This document shows, in pieces, positions 1 to 8,790 of a stretch of DNA of 13,706 bases (its first letter is position 1; every line of letters begins with the position of its first letter). The stretch is from positions 1 through 13,706 of the forward strand of contig JBJXGI010000070.1 of assembly GCA_046153645.1 (NCBI GenBank), read 5' to 3'. The position numbers and the translations under genes are program-made. The notes under the pieces are model-generated. The model saw nothing but the letters and a program-made list of their open reading frames with translations, did not search any database and had not been told where the DNA came from. Origin of the DNA: Elusimicrobiota bacterium. Lineage in GTDB: Bacteria > Elusimicrobiota > Elusimicrobia > F11.

Positions 1-1536
1 TTGAGCAAAAGATTGAAGGAGCCTCTCCGCTTCGGTTTTGAGTTCGGGAGATTTTATATTGAGTTGCACGGTGTCATATGAAGCCACGGCGCCTGATTTG
101 ATTCCATAGGCCACCAGTATTCGATGAGGTAAGCTGTATTTTTTTTGCCAGAAAGGCGGAATCCATATAGGAAAATGATATTTAAATTTTATTCTCAGTT
201 CTTCGTCGCTAAGCCCTCGATCAGATAAGGGGATGGGGGTTATTTTGTAAAGATTGGGATTAGAAAGAAATATCTCATAATTAAAACCTGTTTGAGAAAA
301 GCTCAAACTTGGGATCACTTTAATATTATGTTTTTTGGCTAAATTAATTTGTCTTTTTAAAAAAGTCTCTCCATAAAAATTTTCGTTTTTGGATTCATTA
401 ATAACAACCCCATCAGTGGACAAAATACAGGTTTTGATATTTTCTTCAGACAGTCCTTTCCAAAAATCTTTTTCATTTTTGATGGATTTATCGTTTTCTG
501 AAAACACAAATGGCCAATGAATAAATTTTAGAAGTCGCTGCAGTGTCAATTTTGACTGTCTTTGATAACGTCTTTTAATGGCCCAGTAATATAAACCAAC
601 ACCAATACCAATCAGGACGCTTAAAATAATAATACCCCATTGTCGATTTAGGAAAAAATCCTCAAGCCATTTTGTAAATGAGGGTTTTTGTTGAGTTGTT
701 TTTTTGATGGAAGCAGGAGTAATTTTTTCAGGTGCCGGCACAGGAGGAAGGGGAGGTGAAGTCAGCGTTTCTACTTCCATAAATGAAACGCCCCCCAATG
801 CTTTCTCTTCTAAAATTGAATCAACAGGAGAAATGGACGCCTGATCTAAATTGGCTGGTGAAATAACTCTTGGATAAAAAATCATCGGTTTCGCTATGAT
901 TTTGGGTTGTAAAATAAAACTGATTCCGGCAAATTCAATTACTGTTCCCTTGGTTTCCGGATTTGAATCTATTTCTATCGATAAATGCGAAACAGGTACT
1001 TTGTTTGAAATATTTTGGAAATATTTAAAGGGAATAACCAGTTGGCCAAATTTATTTTTAACTAAGTTTTTATCAGGGACAGTTGGGGATCGGTATATTT
1101 TTCCGGTGACATCTTTGAATCCAAAACTGAGTTTAGAATCGGGTCTATTTGATTTTAACCAAATGACCAAACTATCAAAGGTCGAAATATTTATAGGACT
1201 CTTAAAAACAATAACGGCCGCTGAGATGTTTTTTTCGCCGGACTTTACCAGTCGAATTGAAAGTCCATCAGTGAGCAGTGATTCTTTTGCATCAAAAGAT
1301 AATGAGCTTTGGTTGGCGCCTCTTGAGAATCCAACTGAACTTACATTTTTATTTTTTATAAATAATGAATTACTCTCAACATAACTGAGCGGTAGTTTTA
1401 GGAGTCTATTAACAGATGTTGGATTGAGGGTTGAGAAATCCTCTTCGCCTATATTGGAAGCGAAAGCGATAATAGGAAAGAAAAAGAACAGTAATGGTGT
1501 AAACTTTAAATGATTTAAAAAATGTTTTGAAATCAT
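1..1536 (-). CDS. Hypothetical single-pass membrane protein (partial, >=512 aa): signal peptide, putative CBM11/CIA30-like domain, Pro-rich linker, TM helix, cytoplasmic GH13-like domain
   Basis: Translated by hand: ATG at 1536 (in-frame TGA upstream at 1551-1549, AAGG SD-like at 1546-1543), no stop in 512 codons down to base 1. N-term MISKHFLNHLKFTPLLFFFFPIIAFA|S (AxA cleavage site); SPPLPPVPAPE linker (~759-727); TM WGIIILSVLIGIGVGLYYWAI (639-577) followed by KRRYQRQSK. Absent from the ORF track, presumably because its stop lies outside the window. Confidence 0.88.
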   Translation of the reverse strand, partial: MISKHFLNHLKFTPLLFFFFPIIAFASNIGEEDFSTLNPTSVNRLLKLPLSYVESNSLFIKNKNVSSVGFSRGANQSSLSFDAKESLLTDGLSIRLVKSGEKNISAAVIVFKSPINISTFDSLVIWLKSNRPDSKLSFGFKDVTGKIYRSPTVPDKNLVKNKFGQLVIPFKYFQNISNKVPVSHLSIEIDSNPETKGTVIEFAGISFILQPKIIAKPMIFYPRVISPANLDQASISPVDSILEEKALGGVSFMEVETLTSPPLPPVPAPEKITPASIKKTTQQKPSFTKWLEDFFLNRQWGIIILSVLIGIGVGLYYWAIKRRYQRQSKLTLQRLLKFIHWPFVFSENDKSIKNEKDFWKGLSEENIKTCILSTDGVVINESKNENFYGETFLKRQINLAKKHNIKVIPSLSFSQTGFNYEIFLSNPNLYKITPIPLSDRGLSDEELRIKFKYHFPIWIPPFWQKKYSLPHRILVAYGIKSGAVASYDTVQLNIKSPELKTEAERLLQSFAQ

Positions 1537-1600
1537 ATTTCGCCTTATTCAATCAAAAAAGAAAGAAAAAATCATTATTTATTGACGAAAAATCAAAAAT

Positions 1601-1629
1601 TTGACGAGGTTTGATTCCTTTGCTAATCT
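1601..1629 (+). promoter_or_regulatory. Putative sigma70 promoter for the HAD-purA-carAB unit
   Basis: TTGACG (1601-1606), 17-nt spacer, TAATCT (1624-1629) with extended -10 TGn (1621-1622), in the divergent intergenic region. Confidence 0.55.
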
Positions 1630-1703
1630 TCCTCTCTGCAAGGTAGCAGTGGGTCATCGAATGTCTGCACTTTTCGATATCATATCCCTGCTTCTTAAAA
1701 ATC

Positions 1704-3607
<1,904 letters not shown>

Positions 3608-3621
3608 TTGGTGAAATAAAC

Positions 3622-4830
3622 ATGGAAAGAAAAAAAGGGTACCTAGCACTTGCTTCTGGCAGAATATTCGAAGGTTATTTATATGGTGCCAGCGTTGACT
3701 CTGCCAAAAAAAATGGAGGAGAAGTTGTATTTAATACTTCTCTTTCAGGTTATCAAGAAATTTTAACTGATCCTTCTTATACTGGCCAAATTGTTGTGAT
3801 GACTCCCTCTCACATTGGGAATTATGGTGTGAACTTAGTTGACGTTGAATCATCGCAAGTGCATCTTTCCGGGTTTGTCGTTCAGGAGCTAAGCGAGCTC
3901 TATTCAAATTGGCGAGCCGGAATGAGTTTAAATGAATATTTAAAAAATGCCGGCGTTATTGGCCTTACCGGAGTTGATACACGCGCATTAACTCGCTATT
4001 TACGCGATTTGGGCGCTGTTAATGGCATTATTGCCGGTGAAGGATTTTCCAAAAAAGAACTAATTAATCGGGCCAAAGCTCTTCCTGGTTTAGAAAATCG
4101 GGATTTAACTGCCTATGTCACCACACCTCAAATTTACACTTGGAAAGAAAAATCTCCTGAACTTTCTCCAGAGTTGAAAGAACCCAATCGAGATAATGGA
4201 AAAAAATATCATGTTGTTGTGATGGATTTTGGTGTGAAACAAAATATTTTAAGATGCTTGTCTGACCGTGGTTGTCAAGTAACAGTTGTTCCTGCCACCA
4301 CCGAAGCTCAAAAAATTATTGATTTTAATCCCAACGGTGTTCTCTTCTCAAATGGACCTGGTGATCCAGCTGCGGTGGAGAAAGGAATTAAAACCATTGA
4401 GCGACTTATTCAGCATAATTTAGATCTTAAAAAGAATGATAAAAATCCATTTGCCATGTTTGGAATTTGTCTTGGACATCAACTTTTGGGATTAGCTTTA
4501 GGTGGGAAAACTTATAAATTGAAATTTGGGTACCATGGTTCAAATCACCCCATAAAAGATTTAGAAACCGGTCAGGTAGATATTACCGCTCAAAATCACG
4601 GTTTTTGTGTCGCGGGAGAAAAAACAGCTAGTGGCGAATGGATTATCAAAGGCAATAAAGACGCAATTGTGACTCACATCAATCTTAATGATAATGCCAT
4701 TGAGGGCTTAAGGCATAAAATTCTTCCTCTTTTTTCTGTTCAATATCATCCTGAGGCCTCTTCTGGTCCTCACGACTCGCAGCATTTATTTGACCGATTT
4801 ATGAAACTAATGGAGAATTCTAAAAACTAA
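3622..4830 (+). CDS. carA: Carbamoyl-phosphate synthase small (glutaminase) subunit
   Basis: [43 protein letters not shown] (catalytic Cys), QNHGF, QYHPE. Start moved from 3532 to ATG 3622 ([17 protein letters not shown] at 3610-3614; removes the overlap with purA). Confidence 0.97.
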   Translation: MERKKGYLALASGRIFEGYLYGASVDSAKKNGGEVVFNTSLSGYQEILTDPSYTGQIVVMTPSHIGNYGVNLVDVESSQVHLSGFVVQELSELYSNWRAGMSLNEYLKNAGVIGLTGVDTRALTRYLRDLGAVNGIIAGEGFSKKELINRAKALPGLENRDLTAYVTTPQIYTWKEKSPELSPELKEPNRDNGKKYHVVVMDFGVKQNILRCLSDRGCQVTVVPATTEAQKIIDFNPNGVLFSNGPGDPAAVEKGIKTIERLIQHNLDLKKNDKNPFAMFGICLGHQLLGLALGGKTYKLKFGYHGSNHPIKDLETGQVDITAQNHGFCVAGEKTASGEWIIKGNKDAIVTHINLNDNAIEGLRHKILPLFSVQYHPEASSGPHDSQHLFDRFMKLMENSKN

Positions 4831-4832
4831 TC

Positions 4833-7800
4833 ATGCCTAAAAGAACTGACATAAAAAAAATCTTAATTATTGGCTCAGGTCCTATTATTATTGGTCAAGC
4901 TTGCGAGTTTGATTATTCTGGGACTCAAGCAGTAAAAGCATTAAAGAAAGAAGGCTATAAAGTCATTCTCATCAATTCTAATCCCGCCACGATCATGACT
5001 GATCCAGAATTGGCTGACGCAACTTATATTGAGCCTTTAACTGCTGAAGTATTAGAAAAAATTATTGAAAAAGAACGTCCTGATGCACTTCTTCCAACTC
5101 TTGGGGGACAAACTGCTTTAAATTTAGCGGTAGCGGTGTCTAAAATGGGAGTTCTTGAAAAATATGATGTTGAAATGATTGGGGCTAATTTAGAAGCCAT
5201 TGAAAAAGCTGAAGATCGCCGTCTTTTTAAAGCGGCGATGGAAGAAATTGGTCTTGATTTGCCGCGAAGTGGGTTTGCGAAAAATTTAACAGAAGCCGAT
5301 AATATTGCTCAAGAAATTGGTTTCCCTTTAATTATTCGACCTTCATTTACGATGGGAGGAACAGGATCAGGACTTGTTTACACTCGAGAAGAATTTCTGG
5401 CGGCCGCAGCAAAAGGGTTGGATTTAAGCCCTATCTCTGAAGTTTTAATTGAAGAATCCCTAGAAGGTTGGAAAGAATTTGAACTTGAAGTGATGCGTGA
5501 TAAAGCAGATCAGTGCATTATTATTTGCTCTATTGAGAATGTTGATCCTTTGGGTGTTCACACGGGAGATTCTGTTACGGTGGCCCCCGCGATGACTCTG
5601 ACCGATAAAGAATATCAACGAATGAGAGATCAAGCATTTGCCTGTATTCGAAAAATTGGTGTTGAAACGGGGGGATCCAACGTCCAGTTTGGTGTAAATC
5701 CAAAAACGGGAAGAATGATTGTTATTGAAATGAACCCTCGCGTTTCACGATCTTCGGCACTTGCTTCTAAAGCGACAGGTTTCCCTATCGCTAAAATGGC
5801 GGCCTTACTTGCTGTTGGTTTTCGTTTGGATGAAATTTTTAATGACATCACTAAAAAAACACCTGCTAGTTTTGAGCCAACCATTGATTACACCGTTGTC
5901 AAAATTCCTCGTTTTGCTTTTGAAAAGTTTTCCAATAGTAATCAGCAATTAGGAACTCAAATGAAGTCTGTTGGTGAGGTTATGGCATTGGGGCGTAATT
6001 TTAAAGAAGCACTTCAAAAAGCCTACCGCGGACTTGAAATTGGTCGTGCCGGTCTTGGTTCTGATGGAAAATCATTTAACCCGTTAGTTGAACAAGCCAT
6101 TGAGGAAAAAGAAAACTTGCCTTCTGACGCGTGGGATCAAAAGTTTTCGCAGGTTTTTCCTGCCATCAAAGATAAAATCAGGATTGCTAATTCTGATCGT
6201 TTGTTCGCAATTAAGGCAGGGTTGAAACTTGGAATTCCTTTCGATGAGATTGTTAGTCTTTCTCAATTTGATCCGTGGTTTATCGGTCAAATTAATGAAC
6301 TTGTTCAATTTGAAAACAGATTTGTAAGAGTGACTAAAGGTGAGAAAAAATTAACGGCTGACCTTCTGAAAGAAGCTAAAAAAATAGGCTACTCTGATGT
6401 ACAACTTGGTTATTTATTGGGTCAAACTGAAAAACAAGTTCGACAAATTCGAAAAAAACTAAAAGTTCTACCTGTTTATAATCTCGTTGATACGTGCGCG
6501 GCAGAATTTGAAGCTTTTACTCCCTATTACTACTCCACCTATGGTGAAGAAAACGAAACGCGTTCTTCAAAAAAGAAAAAAATAATGATTTTGGGTGGTG
6601 GGCCGAACCGAATTGGCCAAGGAATTGAGTTTGATTATTGTTGTGTTCATGCTGTTATGGCTCTTCGAGAACTTGGGTTTGAAACTGTGATGGTTAATTG
6701 TAATCCTGAAACTGTTTCAACTGATTATGATACGTCTGATCATTTGTACTTCGAACCGCTTACTCTTGAAGACGTGTTAAACGTCATTGAAAAAGAAAAA
6801 CCCAAAGGGGTTATTGTTCAGTTCGGTGGTCAAACGCCTCTTAATTTAGCGATTCCTTTAGAAGAAAACGGTGTGAAAATTTTGGGAACTTCGCCTGATT
6901 CTATTGATTTAGCTGAAGATCGTGAGCGATTTGGTCGACTCTTGAACAAATTACGTATACCTCAACCGGAAAATGGGATGGCCCGTTCTTTTAGTGAAGC
7001 CAAAGAGATTGCCGGAAAAATCGGCTATCCAGTTATGCTCAGACCTTCGTATGTTCTCGGCGGTCGTGCGATGGAAGTCGCTTACGATGAGGTGATGTTA
7101 GAATCTTATATACAAAGAGCCACGACTGTTTCATCTCATCATCCGATTCTCATTGATAAATTTTTAGATAATGCCTTAGAAATTGATGTTGATGCCCTTT
7201 CTGATGGGAGAGACACTTATATTGGGGGCATCATGGAGCATATTGAAGCTGCTGGAATTCATTCTGGTGATTCAGCTTGTGTCATCCCGCCAAGAAAACT
7301 AAATCAAGAATCTTTAGACATGATTGTTCGATATACCAAAACTTTGGCCAAAGCATTAAAAGTAAAAGGTCTAATGAATATGCAGTTGGCGTTAAAAGAC
7401 AATATTGTTTATGTCTTGGAGGTAAACCCTCGAGCCAGTAGAACTGTTCCCTTTGTTTCAAAAGCGACCAATGTCCCTCTTGCCAAGTTAGCCGCAAAAA
7501 TAATGGCTGGAGAAAGGCTCTCAAAGTTATTACCGAAACATGTTATGGGCAAAGAATTTAGGACCCCTTGGACATCTGTTAAGGAAGCGGTTCTTCCTTG
7601 GACTCGATTTCCAGGTACTGACGCCGTTTTAGGTCCGGAGATGAGATCAACAGGTGAAGTAATGGGGATTGCTGATCATTTCTCAGCGGCTTATGCAAAA
7701 TCACAAGCTGCCGCGAATTCTCCGCTTCCAACGAAAGGAAAAGTATTAATTAGCCTTCAAAAAAAATCATTCTCAAGAGCTATTAGTAGCATTAAAAAAC

Positions 7801-8180
7801 TTCATGAGCTTGGTTTTTCACTGCTTGCTACAGAAGGGACCGCTTTAGCCATTCGACAAGAAGGTGTGCCTGTAGAAATTGTTAAAAAGATTTCAGAAGG
7901 TAGACCCAATGTCGTTGATGTTATTACCAATAAGGAAGTTTCCTTGGTTATTAACACTCCATCAGGGGCAAAGTCACAATCTGACGGTTACCACATTCGA
8001 AATGCTGCTTTGAGATCTGCTATTCCAATTATTACTACAGTTGCCGCATTTTCCGCGGCCACCGAGGGCATTGAATCTCTGCAAAAAGAATCATGGAAAA
8101 TAAAATCATTACAAGACTATTACTCCTTTTTTGACTCTTCTAAAGCAATAAAAAATAAAGAGAAAATAACTTCATCTTGA
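4833..8180 (+). CDS. carB: Carbamoyl-phosphate synthase large subunit
   Basis: [77 protein letters not shown]-terminal MGS-like allosteric domain (ATEGT, EGRP, INTP); 1115 aa. Confidence 0.99.
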   Translation: MPKRTDIKKILIIGSGPIIIGQACEFDYSGTQAVKALKKEGYKVILINSNPATIMTDPELADATYIEPLTAEVLEKIIEKERPDALLPTLGGQTALNLAVAVSKMGVLEKYDVEMIGANLEAIEKAEDRRLFKAAMEEIGLDLPRSGFAKNLTEADNIAQEIGFPLIIRPSFTMGGTGSGLVYTREEFLAAAAKGLDLSPISEVLIEESLEGWKEFELEVMRDKADQCIIICSIENVDPLGVHTGDSVTVAPAMTLTDKEYQRMRDQAFACIRKIGVETGGSNVQFGVNPKTGRMIVIEMNPRVSRSSALASKATGFPIAKMAALLAVGFRLDEIFNDITKKTPASFEPTIDYTVVKIPRFAFEKFSNSNQQLGTQMKSVGEVMALGRNFKEALQKAYRGLEIGRAGLGSDGKSFNPLVEQAIEEKENLPSDAWDQKFSQVFPAIKDKIRIANSDRLFAIKAGLKLGIPFDEIVSLSQFDPWFIGQINELVQFENRFVRVTKGEKKLTADLLKEAKKIGYSDVQLGYLLGQTEKQVRQIRKKLKVLPVYNLVDTCAAEFEAFTPYYYSTYGEENETRSSKKKKIMILGGGPNRIGQGIEFDYCCVHAVMALRELGFETVMVNCNPETVSTDYDTSDHLYFEPLTLEDVLNVIEKEKPKGVIVQFGGQTPLNLAIPLEENGVKILGTSPDSIDLAEDRERFGRLLNKLRIPQPENGMARSFSEAKEIAGKIGYPVMLRPSYVLGGRAMEVAYDEVMLESYIQRATTVSSHHPILIDKFLDNALEIDVDALSDGRDTYIGGIMEHIEAAGIHSGDSACVIPPRKLNQESLDMIVRYTKTLAKALKVKGLMNMQLALKDNIVYVLEVNPRASRTVPFVSKATNVPLAKLAAKIMAGERLSKLLPKHVMGKEFRTPWTSVKEAVLPWTRFPGTDAVLGPEMRSTGEVMGIADHFSAAYAKSQAAANSPLPTKGKVLISLQKKSFSRAISSIKKLHELGFSLLATEGTALAIRQEGVPVEIVKKISEGRPNVVDVITNKEVSLVINTPSGAKSQSDGYHIRNAALRSAIPIITTVAAFSAATEGIESLQKESWKIKSLQDYYSFFDSSKAIKNKEKITSS

Positions 8181-8194
8181 GTCGCGTCTTAAAC

Positions 8195-8223
8195 TTGACA
8201 ACCCTATAGCTAGTAACTAGAAT
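8195..8223 (+). promoter_or_regulatory. sigma70 promoter for nrdR-nrdJ-dcd
   Basis: Perfect TTGACA (8195-8200), 17-nt spacer, TAGAAT (8218-8223). Confidence 0.85.
8201..8216. promoter_or_regulatory. NrdR box 1 (in the promoter spacer)
   Basis: ACCCTATAGCTAGTAA resembles the NrdR-box consensus acaCwAtATaTwGtgt; lies directly upstream of nrdR-nrdJ. Confidence 0.75.
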
Positions 8224-8231
8224 ACCTCCCA

Positions 8232-8247
8232 ATACTACCTGTAGTGG
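8232..8247. promoter_or_regulatory. NrdR box 2 (near the predicted transcription start)
   Basis: ATACTACCTGTAGTGG, with palindromic core ACTAC-CT-GTAGT; starts 31 bp after box 1, the typical tandem NrdR-box spacing. Confidence 0.75.
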
Positions 8248-8262
8248 AGGATCACGAGAGAT

Positions 8263-8790
8263 ATGAAGTGCCCGCATTGTAACCACCCAGAAGATCATGT
8301 GATTGATTCTCGTCCTGCTGAAACCGGAACTGCCATTCGTCGTCGCCGTGAATGCCTATTTTGTCAAAAACGATTTACTACCTATGAACGCCTTGAGGTG
8401 ATGCCGTTAATTGTTTTGAAATCTGATCAAAGAAGAGAACCGTTTGACCGCAATAAATTACGAGAAGGTTTAACTCGAGCTTGTCGGCACCGCAATATTA
8501 CTTCTGAGCAAATAGAAAAGTTAGTGAGTGATGTTGAAATGAAATTACAGGAAGATTTTGTCATGGAAGTTCCCAGTAAAGTCATCGGAGATTTCGTGTT
8601 GGGATCACTTAAAAAACTTGATTCAGTTGCTTATATTCGGTTTGCTTCTGTTTATAAACAATTTTCTGATGTTGACACTTTTATTCAAGAATTAAACGGT
8701 CTTAAACAAGAACAGAAATTAAAAGCAAAAAAATCAAAACATTCTGACATCTTAAAAACGTTCCTCAATGGAACAACCGCTTTAAATTGA
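8263..8790 (+). CDS. nrdR: Transcriptional repressor NrdR
   Basis: Zn ribbon CPHC...CLFC, VIDSR, IRRRRE, RFTTYE, ATP-cone (REPFDRNKL), VAYIRFASVY; 175 aa with a basic C-terminal tail. Confidence 0.98.
   Translation: MKCPHCNHPEDHVIDSRPAETGTAIRRRRECLFCQKRFTTYERLEVMPLIVLKSDQRREPFDRNKLREGLTRACRHRNITSEQIEKLVSDVEMKLQEDFVMEVPSKVIGDFVLGSLKKLDSVAYIRFASVYKQFSDVDTFIQELNGLKQEQKLKAKKSKHSDILKTFLNGTTALN

Noticed and set aside
896..1384. 162-aa + strand ORF
   Set aside because: Antisense shadow of the longer - strand gene (1-1536); no motifs or RBS.
1582..1607. Direct repeat TTGACGA at 1582 and 1601
   Set aside because: Only two 7-mers; the second is explained as a -35 element and the first has no matching -10; insufficient to call an operator.
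4153..4176. SPEL-SPEL tandem duplication in CarA
   Set aside because: 12-bp imperfect duplication in the variable interdomain linker; unremarkable.
5630..7524. Small ORFs inside carB (5630-5884, 5761-5952, 6084-6308, 7282-7524)
   Set aside because: Alternative-frame or antisense shadows of a conserved gene.
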